From contig NIVC01002054.1 of assembly GCA_002269645.1 (NCBI GenBank), forward strand, positions 144,879-208,878: DNA of 64,000 nucleotides. Direction: 5' to 3'. Positions 1 to 12,200 of the stretch are shown here, in pieces. The notes under the pieces are model-generated. The model saw only the letters and a program-made list of their open reading frames with translations. It did not search any database and had not been told where the DNA came from. Position numbers and translations under genes: made by a program. Source of the DNA: Macrostomum lignano. Lineage: Eukaryota. Within the stretch, counting starts at the first letter, position 1, and each line of letters begins with the position of its first letter.

Positions 1-535
1 GGGATATCAGTTTTACAGATCCTCAGTTGCTGGGCCAGCCTCCCAGATCCTCAGTTGCTGGGCCAGCCTCCCAGATCCTCAGTTGCTGGGCCAGCCTCCC
101 AGATCGTCAGTTGCTGGGCCAGCCTCCCAGATCCTCAGTTGCTGGGCCAGCCTCCCAGATCGTCAGTTGCTGGGCCAGCCTCCCAGATCCTCAGTTGCTG
201 GGCCAGCCTCCCAGATCGTCAGTTGCTGGGCCAGCCTCCCAGATCCACAGTTGCTGGGCCAGCCTCCCAGATCCTCAGTTGCTGGGCCAGCCTCCCAGAT
301 CGTCAGTTGCTGGGCCAGCCTCCCAGATCGTCAGTTGCTGGGCCAGCCTCCCAGATCCTCAGTTGCTGGGCCAGCCTCCCAGATCGTCAGTTGCTGGGCC
401 AGCCTCCCAGATCCTCAGTTGCTGGGCCAGCCTCCCAGATCGTCAGTTGCTGGGCCAGCCTCCCAGATCCACAGTTACCGGGCCAGCCTTCCAGTTCTTC
501 AGTTGCTTGGCACTAGCCTCCAAGATCCTCAGCTG
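1..535. repeat. 28-bp tandem minisatellite (cagttgctgggccagcctcccagatcct)n, cut by window edge
   Basis: About 19 near-identical 28-bp units with no spacers. It generates the repetitive ORFs at 27-697. Confidence 0.97.
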
Positions 536-771
536 ACTGATGCCGGAGAGCGCCTCAGTCATGGCAGACTCCCGCATTTCCATTTTAGGCAACGGAAAGT
601 TTCGACAGCAGACGGAGCAAGAGATGTCCTTGCAACATTCAGCCCTTCAGGGGAATTAAGTTCACCATTTTCTGCTTGGCTGGAGGAACTGAGCTAAAAG
701 AACGGATTTTACACTCGGAATTCAACACTTTGAGTTCTAAATGGCCATTTCATATTTAGCGACGCCCCATC

Positions 772-1258
772 GATATTGTGTCTGTGCCCCAGCAGTATAA
801 ACACATTGATATGTCTGTGCCCCAGCAGTATAAACACATTGATATCCTTGATATTGTGTCTGTGCCCCAGCAGTATAAACACATTGATATCCTTGATATT
901 GTGTCTGTGCCCCAGCAGTATAAACACATTGATATCCTTGATATTGTGTCTGTGCCCCAGCAGTATAAACACATTGATATCCTTGATATTGTGTCTGTGC
1001 CCCAGCAGTATAAACACATTGATATCCTTGATATTGTGTCTGTGCCCCAGCAGTATAAACACATTGATATCCTTGATATTGTGTCTGTGCCCCAGCAGTA
1101 TAAACACATTGATATCCTTGATATTGTGTCTGTGCCCCAGCAGTATAAACACATTGATATCCTTGATATGTGTCTGTGCCCCAGCAGTATAAACACATTG
1201 ATATCCTTGATATGTGTCTGTGCCCCAGCAGTATAAACACATTGATATCCTTGATATT
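772..1258. repeat. 45-bp tandem minisatellite (attgtgtctgtgccccagcagtataaacacattgatatccttgat)n
   Basis: About 11 near-perfect copies, giving 15-aa periodic ORFs on both strands. Confidence 0.97.
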
Positions 1259-1327
1259 GTGCACTAACTTGGCAATTAATGATGTATTAAACAAATAAGC
1301 TGAAGATTTAATTCTTCTTAGATTTTC

Positions 1328-1580
1328 TGTTGCTGGGCTAGCCTCCCAGATCATCTTCAGTTGCTCGACCAGTCTCCCAGATCCCCAGTTGCTGGGCCAG
1401 CCTCCCAGATCCTCAGTTGCTGGGCCAGCCTCCCAGATCCTCAGTTAATGGGCCAGCCTCCCAGATCCTCAGTTATTGGGCCAGCCTCCCAGAGTATCAG
1501 CTGCTGGGCCAGCCTCCTAAATTATCAGTTGCTGGGCCAGCTTCTTAGATCCTCAGTTGCTGGGCCATCATTTTAGATCC
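1328..1580. repeat. Degenerate copies of the 28-bp satellite found at 1-535
   Basis: Units such as cctcagttgctgggccagcctcccagat, with substitutions. Confidence 0.9.
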
Positions 1581-2140
1581 TTCTAATTGCATTACTAGTT
1601 CCATGTTAATCCTTAGTTTGCTGCTGTCTTTAATTCCCATTCTGAGAACTGCGATCTTGGATGTGTTGTCAAACCCTTTAATCAGCGTCAGTTACAGCAC
1701 AGCACAGCAACCCGCATCAAGTGATCCAGCCAGATGCTGCCGAGCACTATATCCCGCATATTTCATGTCACTGCTTCAATTTTTCCAGGCAAAGACATGC
1801 CTGTAAGTTCAGATACAGCCGAGGGAAGATGCAGGCAAGCCAGACAAAGGCGAAGGCAACTCACGTGCTTTTTTCTTGTTGAGTAGCTGTTTAGTTAGAA
1901 GATTTCTGCTTGGCTATAAAGATCATAATGTTGTCACATAAGGATCGGCCTCAAATGCCGTTAATCTTAAAACAGAGAAACTGTCGATCAAGACACGTGA
2001 AAATGAGATCCATCCGATCCAAAAATGTAAACAGAAACAAGGTGTCAGTCAGCTTATTACTTAATGATTGCCTTCCAATACAAGTGATCTATCATGATGA
2101 AAGTGACTGGTTTTTGTTAGTCTCTTTTGAACGGACCAAA

Positions 2141-3170
2141 TGACTGAGTGAGCGGAGAGGCAGATTCCCAATGACTGAGTGAGTGGAGAGGCAGATTCTC
2201 AATGACTGAGTGAGCGGAGAAGCAGATTCTCAGTGACTGAGTGAGCGGAGAGACAGATTCTCAGTGACTGAGTGAGCGGAGAGGCAGATTCTCAATGACT
2301 GAGTGAGCAGAGAGGCAGATTCTCAATGACTGAGTGAGCAGAGAGGCAGATTCTCAGTGACTGAGTGAGCGGAGAGGCAGATTCTCAATGACTGAGTGAG
2401 CAGAGAGGCAGATTCTCAATGACTGAGTGAGCGGAGAGGCAGATTCTCAATGACTGAGTGAGCGGAGAGGCAGATTCTCAATGACTGAGTGAGTGGAGAG
2501 GCAGATTCTCAATGACTGAGTGAGCGGAGAGGCAGATTCTCAATGACTGAGTGAGCGGAGAGGCAGATTCTCAGTGACTGAGTTAGCGAAGAGGCAGATT
2601 CTCACTGACTGAGTGAGCGGAGAGGCAGATTCTCAATGACTGAGTGAGCGGAGAGGCAGATTCTCAGTGACTGAGTGAGCGGAGAGGCAGATTCTCAATG
2701 ACTGAGTGAGCGGAGAGGCAGATTCTCAATGGCTGAGTGAGCGGAGAGGCAGATTCTCAATGACTGAGTGAGCGGAGAGGCAGACTCTCAGTGACTGAGT
2801 GAGCGGAGAGGCAGATTCTCACTGACTGAGTGAGTGGAGAGGCAGATTCTCAATGACTGAGTGAGCGGAGAGGCAGATTCTCAATGACTGAGTGAGCGGA
2901 GAGGCAGATTCTCAGTGACTGAGTTAGCGAAGAGGCAGATTCTCAGTGACTGAGTTAGCGAAGAGGCAGATTCTCAATGACTGAGTGAGCGGAGGGGCAG
3001 ATTCTCAATGACTGAGTGAGCGGAGAGGCAGATTCTCAGTGACTGAGTTAGCGAAGAGGCAGATTATCAATGACTGAGTGAGCGGAGGGGCAGATTCTCA
3101 ATGACTGAGTGAGCGGAGAGGCAGATTCTCAGTGACTGAGTAAGCGGGGGAGAGGCAGATTCCCAGAGGC
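2141..3170. repeat. 31-bp tandem minisatellite (tgactgagtgagcggagaggcagattctcaa)n
   Basis: About 33 copies. Period of 31 confirmed from successive cagattc positions (2161, 2192). Confidence 0.97.
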
Positions 3171-3769
3171 GGCTTCAAAACGGTAAAATTCTTAAACAAA
3201 AGTAAAAACTCTGCCCTTCTGTTATTTCCCGTCGGGTTTCCTGCTAGCAACGCTAATTAGCCCAATAACGTGCAAAGGAATAATTAAAAACTGCAATCAG
3301 ATCTAAGTAGGAAAGTAGGAAAAGTTTGAAAAGATAACCTTGTCTTCTGAGGTATTTTTACGAGTTGTCGAAATTCATTTCAACGAGACTAAGGATGAGC
3401 TTTAATGAGCAGGTATGAAGGTATGTAGAAGTATATATTACTAAGTAGGCATTATAGCGAGCCTAATGTCGGGACACGGACACACAGAAGATCATTTGAT
3501 GATAACAGCAAGACTTTATATCCCAGAAAATGAGCGGCTATTAGAGAACGCTATTTGACAGGAAGGAGCGACAATATTTCGAGCAGGTTAATAATATATT
3601 CATTAAATTCATAATTTGTGTGGCAGTTTTGTTCGCTAGAGAAAGTAATTAATTGATGTCATAAAAAATTTGACCGCAACAGGTTAAGGCGCGAACTTCA
3701 ATAGATTTACTATGATAGTTTCTTTAATCTGCAACTTTTGTAGCTTGCACTCGATTCTCATGATGGTTT

Positions 3770-4128
3770 GCAGGCGATTCTCATGATGGTTTACAGGCGA
3801 TTCTCATGACGGTTTACAGGCGATTCTCGTGGTTTACAGGCGATTCTCATGATGGTTTACAGGCGATTCTCATGATGGTTTACAGGCGATTCTCATGGTG
3901 GTTTACAGGCGATTCTCATGATGGTTTACAGGCGATTCTCATGGTGGTTTACAGGCGATTCTCATGATGGTTTACAGGCGATTCTCATGGTGGTTTACAG
4001 ACGATTCTCATGATGGTTTACAGGCGATTCTCATGATGGTTTACAGGCGATTCTCATGATGGTTTACAGGCGATTCTCATGGTGGTTTACAGACGATTCT
4101 CATGACGGTTTATAGGCGATTCTCATGA
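3770..4128. repeat. 23-bp tandem minisatellite (gcgattctcatgatggtttacag)n
   Basis: About 15 copies, directly abutting the retrotransposon remnant. Confidence 0.96.
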
Positions 4129-4129
4129 T

Positions 4130-5500
4130 GGACAGATTTAATCCACGCCTCTTTGCGTACGTCCTGCATGTTCTTGCCCTCTTTCAAGTTGCTTCAGAGG
4201 AGGTTCGTGTTTGTTGCTCCAAAAGTATCGGTAACAATTGTCGATCAAGCTTTGTAGTTCGCGTGTTTCCTTTACAGAACATGGTCTTGTGCTGCAGTAG
4301 AACAGCAGAACGCACTCTACGCAAGCTTCCACGATTTTTGCTGTTTTTTGCTTGTTTTCTTACCTATGCGGCTTTTCGTGTAGCTGAGACCCCTGACCCG
4401 TCCTCAAATGCCACCTGCGCGGCGTTTGCGGTTTTTCAAATCCGCTTGTTTTGTTCCGATCCAGCAGCCGTGGAAGTGGGTCGCCTTGTTGATCTGTCCT
4501 TCCAAAGACTGTGTACTTTTCTATTTGTCGTCGTTGGTGTGTTCTTCGAAGGTGTTCATTTTGGAGTTCACAGTTAAAACGTTCTGGGTACTGCAGCTCT
4601 CTGCATAATCTCCCTCCTTTCCGCGTATGCGATAGCTCGTTGTCACATGCAGGTGGATGTTGGTTTGTAAGAAGCTTCTCTTGAGTCCTAGGCGGTTAAG
4701 CATCCTCCATAGCTCAAGTTTATTCACGCCTTCTTTAGATCAAGTAGATCTGCTATTTCGGAAGCAGCTTTGGTTTTCACTGAGTATGCTCTCTCTCCGC
4801 CAATGTTTTTTGGAAATGTTATGCAATAGACTATTTCTTTCTGGGTTTTTTAATCTGCTTCGTTGATCAGGGGCGTCGCCATGGATTTTATGGTGGCGGT
4901 GGCGGGCACAAAGCCAATTGAGTTCAACATGTACATGACTAAATTGCTAAATGTCAATTACTTTGAGAATCTGTGTTTTTAGCGCGCTCATTTTGACGCC
5001 TCAGGCACTCATTTTAGCGTCGAAGGCGCTGTATTTTGGCGCCCTGTTATTGATTTCCACAAGGGGCACACGGGGGGGACAAAGCATTGACACGTCCCCC
5101 CATTAGCTTTTACTGGGGGGGGGACATGTCTCCCCTGTCGTTGATGTTCGTAGCACATCCTTGACTCAATCCTTCTTTGTTGCTGATTCTTTCATCGCTT
5201 GCCGAATTTCCTACTCGGTTGGTCTTGTGTTGATGTTTTGGTTTGCCTCTATTGCTTCCTTGTTTTGTATTATAGGTCATGCATTCTGCCCACTTCGCTG
5301 AAGATTTTCTCTCGTTGTATTTGGAATCGGACTTTCGAAGTGTTCAATGAAGTGCTCTGATCTTTGAGTCCCTGCGTGTGGTTTGCTCGTTCTTTGTGAG
5401 TCTCTTTTTGTATGCTTTGTAAATTCTGCGGATCTCCCTCGGGCTGCTCGCTTCGACGCTCTCCTATCATTTCTTCCCTTCCCTTTTGTCATCATTAGAT
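4130..5500 (-). mobile_element. Decayed non-LTR retrotransposon (LINE, RTE-like) reverse transcriptase remnant
   Basis: Minus-strand frames joined across stops and frameshifts read NTRPTE*EIRQAMKESA..KD*V, then LLDLKKA/VNKLELWRMLNRLGLKRSFLQT..LHVTTSYRIRG, then AKIVEACVECVLLFYCSTRP..KETRELQSLIDNCYRYFWSNK..PPLKQ/KNMQDVRKE..IKSV. These match, in order, LINE RT segments (P..EI..A..SAPG.DG; DL.KA..V....LW..L...G) and the post-RT region. The central RT appears deleted. Interrupted by a MITE. Confidence 0.75.
4868..5137 (+). mobile_element. hAT-type non-autonomous element (MITE) inserted in the LINE remnant
   Basis: Starts caggggcgtcgcca and ends cccctg. Flanked by a perfect 8-bp target-site duplication, tcgttgat (4860-4867 and 5138-5145). 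The body (ccatggattttatggtgg, ttttagcgc repeats) matches 52307-52646. Confidence 0.85.
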
Positions 5501-5862
5501 TTATGCTTCATTCGTTTACTTGCGTCCGCCTTTTGCAAAAAATCTCTACTCTTAATTGGTGATCACGTTTGCTCATTTTCGGCGGCCACTAATTTTGAAT
5601 TTTTGGAACAGCCATGGACCTTAATTTACTGAGGTGCATTCTGTTGCGCATAGATTCGAATGATGGTTTCTTGGCGATTTTTTATGAAAATTGTTTAAAG
5701 ATCAAGAAGAGCTTTGTAATTAGCAAACAAGACCATCAAAGAGATAAAAAGTAAAATAATTTGTGCTTGAGCGTGCGTGCTGCCTCAGTCGCATTAAAAG
5801 TCAAAGCAAACGCATGCCCTGTGCACGCCACAGAACAAGGCAGAGAAGGTCGCTGAGGGTAA

Positions 5863-5972
5863 CAGACAGACAGCTTTACTTGTGAAACATACCGACAGAC
5901 AGGCAGACAGACAGACAGACAGACAGACAGGCAGGCAGACAGATAGACAGACAGACAGACAGGCAGGCAGAC

Positions 5973-6009
<37 letters not shown>

Positions 6010-6048
6010 GGCAGACATACAGACAGGCAGGCAGACAGGCAGGCAGGC

Positions 6049-6085
<37 letters not shown>

Positions 6086-6492
6086 GGCAGACAGACAGAC
6101 AGGCAGGCAGGCAGGCAGACAGACAGACAGACAGACAGGCAGACATACAGACAGACAGACAGACAGGCAGGCAGGCAGACAGACAGACAGACAGACAGAC
6201 AGGCAGACAGACAGGCAGACAGACAGACAGGCAGGCAGGCAGGCAGGCAGACAGACAGACAGACAGACAGACAGACAGGCAGGCAGGAAGACAGACAGGC
6301 AGACAGACAGACAGACAGACAGACAGACAGGCAGACAGACAGACAGACAGACAGACAGACAGGCAGACAGACAGGCAGACAGACAGACAGGCAGGCAGGC
6401 AGGCAGACAGACAGACAGACAGGCAGACAGACAGACAGACAGACAGGCAGACAGACAGGCAGACAGACAGACAGACAGACAGACAGACAGGC

Positions 6493-6525
<33 letters not shown>

Positions 6526-6978
6526 GGCAGGCAGGCAGGCAGACAGACAGACAGACAGACAGGCGGACATACAGACAGACAGACATACAGGCAGGCAGGC
6601 AGGCAGACAGACAGACAGACAGACAGACAGACAGGCAGACAGACAGGCAGACAGACAGACAGACAGACAGACAGGCAGACAGACAGGCAGACAGACAGAC
6701 AGGCAGGCAGGCAGGCAGGCAGACAGACAGACAGACAGACAGGCAGGCAGGCAGACAGACAGACAGACAGGCAGGCAGACAGACAGACAGGCAGACAGAC
6801 AGACAGACAGACAGACAGACAGGCAGACAGACAGGCAGACAGACAGACAGGCAGGCAGGCAGGCAGACAGACAGACAGACATACAGATAGACAGACAGAC
6901 AGGCAGACAGACAGACTGACAGGCAGACAGGCAGACAGACAGATAGACAGACAGACAGGCAGACAGACACAGACAAGC

Positions 6979-7011
<33 letters not shown>

Positions 7012-7226
7012 GGCAGGCAGGCAGGCAGACAGACAGACAGACAGACAGGCAGACATACAGACAGACAGACAGACAGGCAGGCAGACAGACAGACAGACAG
7101 ACAGGCAGACAGACAGGCAGACAGACAGACAGGCAGGCAGGCAGGCAGGCAGACAGACAGACAGACAGGCAGACAGACAGACAGACAGACAGGCAGGCAG
7201 GCAGACAGACAGACAGACAGACAGGC

Positions 7227-7259
<33 letters not shown>

Positions 7260-7346
7260 GGCAGACAGACAGACAGGCAGGCAGGCAGGCAGACAGACAG
7301 ACAGACAGACAGGCAGACAGACAGACAGACAGGCAGACAGACAGGC

Positions 7347-7387
<41 letters not shown>

Positions 7388-7502
7388 GGCAGGCAGGCAG
7401 GCAGACAGACAGACAGACAGACAGGCAGACATACAGACAGACAGACATACAGGCAGGCAGGCAGGCAGACAGACAGACAGACAGACAGGCAGACAGACAG
7501 GC

Positions 7503-7535
<33 letters not shown>

Positions 7536-7704
7536 GGCAGACAGACAGGCAGACAGACAGACAGACAGGCAGGCAGGCAGGCAGGCAGACAGACAGACAG
7601 ACAGACATACAGATAGACAGACAGACAGGCAGACAGACAGACTGACAGGCAGACAGGCAGACAGACAGATAGACAGACAGACAGGCAGACAGACACAGAC
7701 AAGC

Positions 7705-7757
<53 letters not shown>

Positions 7758-7760
7758 GGC

Positions 7761-7791
<31 letters not shown>

Positions 7792-7866
7792 TAGACAGAC
7801 AGACTGACAGGCAGACAGGCAGACAGACAGATAGACAGACAGACAGGCAGACAGACACAGACAAGC

Positions 7867-7923
<57 letters not shown>

Positions 7924-7933
7924 GGCAGACAGA
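5863..7933. repeat. About 2-kb (CAGA/CAGG)n compound microsatellite
   Basis: Continuous cagacaga/caggcagg. Source of the SVCL/DRQT pseudo-ORFs. Confidence 0.98.
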
Positions 7934-8349
7934 CTTGTTTTCAACAGCAATAAGGCCACAGTTGAGAAAGCAGTGTTTAAAAATTCATTACAGAATAGCA
8001 ATCAATCACAGTTTCAATACTGGGTGGAAATGTAGGAATATTTTATTTTCTTAATAACCTCACAATATTGGTAGCAGGTTACCATCGCATGATTTTAAGC
8101 AACTAAAATGACGAAGAATACCATTACAATTTAATCATTATAAGAATCAACATAAGAATAGAATAGAATAGAAATATAATTGATAATTATTTTAGAAAAC
8201 AAAAAGTCATTTGTCTTTCAAGTGACCTTTGATTGTGGAATTGAGCAACAGAGGAAATGTAAAGTTGATATGAACTTATAACTTACAAAAATAGTAATCA
8301 TAATCAAATATTCAGCAAAGATGTTACGAATGAAGAATGAAAAAAAACT

Positions 8350-9140
8350 TCTTCACGAAATGTAGGGGGAATTCCCCACTGGCTATAAGGGGAATTCTTC
8401 ACGAAATGTAGGGGGAATTCCCCACTGGCTATAAGGGGAATTCTCCACTTAATTTAGAGGGTATTCCTTACTTGATGTATGGGGAATTCTTCACTAAATG
8501 CGGGAGGAATTCCTCGCTGGCTGCAAGGGGAATTCTTCGCTTAACTTAGAGGGTATTCCTCACTAAATGTAGGGGGAATTCTTCACTAACTTAGAGGGTA
8601 TTCCTCACTAAATGTAGGGGGAATTCTTCACTTAACTTAGAGGGTATTCCTCACTAAATGTAGGGGGAATTCTTCACTTAACTTAGAGGGTATTCCTCAC
8701 TAAATGTAGGGGGAATTCTTCACTAACTTAGAGGGTATTCCTCACTAAATGTAGGGGGAATTCTTCACTTAACTTGGAGGGTATTCCTCACTAAATGTAG
8801 GGGGAATTCTTCACTAACTTAGAGGGTATTCCTCACTAAATGTAGGGGGAATTCTTCACTAACTTAGAGGGTATTCCTCACTAAATGTAGGGGGAATTCT
8901 TCACTAACTTAGAGGGTATTCCTCACTAAATGTAGGGGGAATTCTTCACTAACTTAGAGGGTATTCCTCACTAAATGTAGGGGGAATTCTTCACTAACTT
9001 AGAGGGTATTCCTCACTAAATGTAGGGGGAATTCTTCACTAACTTAGAGGGTATTCCTCACTAAATGTAGGGGGAATTCTTCACTGGCTTTAGGAGTACT
9101 TCTAACTAGCGGTAGGGGGAATTTCTCAGGGCTGAGGAGG
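8350..9140. repeat. 45-bp minisatellite (ttcttcactaacttagagggtattcctcactaaatgtagggggaa)n made of two related ~22-bp halves
   Basis: About 11 homogeneous central copies with degenerate edges. Confidence 0.95.
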
Positions 9141-9210
9141 GAATTGTTGCTAATGAATCTAAGCAAATGACTCAACTAATGATTTAAAGCATCTGGAGCT
9201 GTGAAAAATC

Positions 9211-12200
9211 TCACGAGCAGCACACAGAACACGAACTGGTCCGCCGTGAGCCGACAAGGCAGCCGCCGTGAAACACGTGACCGCAACGAAAAGCTACAAA
9301 GTAACGTTCCGACTCGGCTTCAATTGACTCCGATTGAGTTGCCTCGTTAAACAGACAGCCAACGGTTAATGGTAAGCGACACCAGGCGCAATTAGTCTCG
9401 TCTGAGTCCATAGCAACGCCCCAGCAAAGATTAGCTGAAGCAATAGCTCGCGATTCAGCAGGCGTCACAGATTCGTGTTGCCTGGCGGTGGAATTTTCAG
9501 CTGCAACTCGAATGCAATCGGCTACAAAGCCAGGGATCCGGTGCTCGTTAGCGTCACCAAGCAGACTGAGCACATGGGCTGGTGACAGGCCAATTTTAAT
9601 TAGGGCCTGAGCGAGTCCATCCACAGTGACAGTGGGGCATGAGCGGCTGTCAGGCAGGACTGGATATTCAGTACCGCATTTGCCGCACCGCCGCTGCTGC
9701 TGGTGATGCGGCTGAGCAAGCCTGGAGGCCAGCATGGTGCGCAGGGCCGCCTCAGAGTTGGAGCCGCTGTCTGCGAACGGAGAGAACAGCGAGAAGGGAT
9801 GGAGCTTTTTTGAGAAGTTTGCATGCTTAGTTGCTAGGCAGTGCAATCACTGAGGTGAAATAGCAGTGAAATTTTTTTGAAATCCATTTTGCAGTGACAG
9901 GTCAGTGACTCGACAGTCAGTGATATTCCAATCAGTGACATCTCAGTCAGTGACATCTCAGTCAGTGACATTTCAATCAGTGACATCTCATTCAGTGACA
10001 TCTCATTCAGTGACATTTCAATCAGTGACAACTCAGTCAGTGACATTTCATTCAGTGACATCTCATTCAGTGACATTTCAATCAGTGACATCTCATTCAG
10101 TGAAATTTCAATCAGTGACATCTCATTCAGTGAAATTTCAATCAGTGACATCTCATTTAGTGACATTTCAATCAGTGACATCTCATTCAGTGACATTTCA
10201 ATCAGTGACATCTCATTCAGTGACATCTCATTCAGTGACATTTCAATCTGTGACCTCTCATTCAGTGACATTTCAATCAGTGACATCTCAGTTAGTGACA
10301 CGACAATCAGTGACATCTCAGTCAGTGACATCTCATTTTTGCAGCAAAATTGTAGTCTAATTCTTAGACTTCTAAAATGATGTTATAATAAAGATATCTA
10401 TAAGTGCCCAGTCACAGGCGGTCTCACGTAGCCTCAAAACTAATTGAAGTCAAACGCACATGCTTTCGAATTCTAACATCACAGAGAAATGTTAATACAC
10501 AGTTGGTTGAGCATCATCAAAACTTGTTGAAATACTGAAGTCATATATAGGCAAAAATATTTCCATCTAATTAAGGCAAAAGTTTTCTGACCAAGGAAAA
10601 GTCACGTTTGACTGCTAAGAAAAAAAATTACATAATTAGGAGCAGCAAAAGTCCAGAAAAAATCACGTGCATATTTTAATAACGCAGAAAGCAACGCAGC
10701 TCACCAACAATGTAATCCAATAGCTGGCCATTGTCCAACTGCAGGCACCAGAATGCCAAATGAGAGGTCCAACACAGCCGCTTCAATAGATGAATGGCTG
10801 GGGATAGCTGACTGGAGAGAGTGTGGGATAGGCAAGAGAAACACGCATTATTTATTTTAAGTCGGGGCTCAGCAAACTTTTTTATCTCAAGGGCCAGGTA
10901 GAAAACCTAGCGCATGACTGCGGGACAAATGGGGGAGAGGAGAGGGAATAGAGATGAGAGAAGAGAGGAGAGGAGAGAAGAGGAGAAGAGAGGAGAGGAG
11001 AGGGGGGAGGAGAGGAGAGGAGAGAGGAGAGGAGAGAGAAGAGGAGAGGAGGGGAGAGAGAAGAGGAGAGGGGAGGAGAGAGGAGAGGAGAGGAGAGGAG
11101 AGGGGGGAGGAGAGAAGAGGAGAGGAGAGGAGAGAGGAGAGGAGAGGAGAGAGGAGAGGGGAGGGGAGAAAAGGAGAGAAGAGGAGAGGAGAGGAGAGAG
11201 GAGAGGAGAGGAGAGAGGAGAGGGGAGGGGAGAAAAGGAGAGAAGAGGAGAGGAGAGAAGAGGAGAGGAGAGAGAAGAGGAGAGGAGAGGAGAGGAGAGA
11301 AGAGGAGAGGAGAGGAGAGAAGAGGAGAGAAGAGAAGAGGAAAGGAGAGAAGAGAGCTGAGAAGAGACACAAGCCTTGAGCTGGCCAGATTGCTATTGTG
11401 AAGTTTCAAATGACCCGAGGGCCGGAGGCTTCGCTAACCGGAGTTTGCCGACCCCTGCTCTAAGTAGAGTAAACTAATATTAGGCGCGTAATAAATTACT
11501 AAAAAAACTCACTGCCGTTTAACAAGGTAGCTATAAAGCTGCTGCATATCAATTTTAGGATTAGGACCCTCGCTTCGAGAACAGATTTCGTCCAGAGTGA
11601 CTTGCTGGCTAACATCCGTTAGATCGATACTGAAAGAATACCGAAAAACGCTAATTTTACTACTGGCTTAAGTTAGTAGTAAGAAAAGGCGAGAATAAAA
11701 TAGAATAGCGAAAAACGCTAATTCTATTACTTGTAACAACTATACATAAGTAGTGTAATCAGAACAATACCTTGTTGTTAAAGGAAATCGGCAGTAGTCG
11801 CAGCCTTTTTCATCGTTCATCATCGGAAAGGATTCTGAGTTGCCGTTGCACCAGCCAAAACGTTGCCCGCCAAATGCTAGAAGGCCGCGAGCGCCAAGCT
11901 GGCGCAGAGTGGCGCTCAGATCGGCGCTTGATGGCGCCGAACTGAAAAATGTACAGTAATTATTCTATATTGTTACACACTGTGACACTGGGTGTGACAT
12001 TTGGTGTGACACTGGGTGTGACATTGGATGTGGCACTGAGTGTGACACTTGGTGTGACACAGAGTGTGACACTTTATGCGACACTAAATGTGACAATGGG
12101 TGTGACACTTTATGTGACACTAGGTGTGACACTTTATGTGACACTGGGTGTGACACTTTATGTGACACTGGGTGTGACACTTTATGTGACACTTTATGTG

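Noticed and set aside
540-770. Unique GC-richer segment between arrays as an exon
   Set aside because: No recognisable motif and no consistent splice phase with neighbouring segments.
1600-2140. Possible minus-strand exons around a 64-nt gtgagt...ttacag intron-like segment (~1865-1802)
   Set aside because: All frames stop soon after the acceptor and no protein similarity was recognised, so I cannot support a gene.
3770-4128. 23-bp array derived from the adjacent LINE coding sequence
   Set aside because: It abuts the LINE, but the unit shows no convincing match to the expected downstream LINE sequence.
5736-8001. Long ORFs of 345-735 aa (SVCL/DRQT repeats), and similar periodic ORFs over the other arrays
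   Set aside because: They are stop-free translations of microsatellites or minisatellites, often open on both strands and in several frames, and many lie inside introns of well-supported genes.
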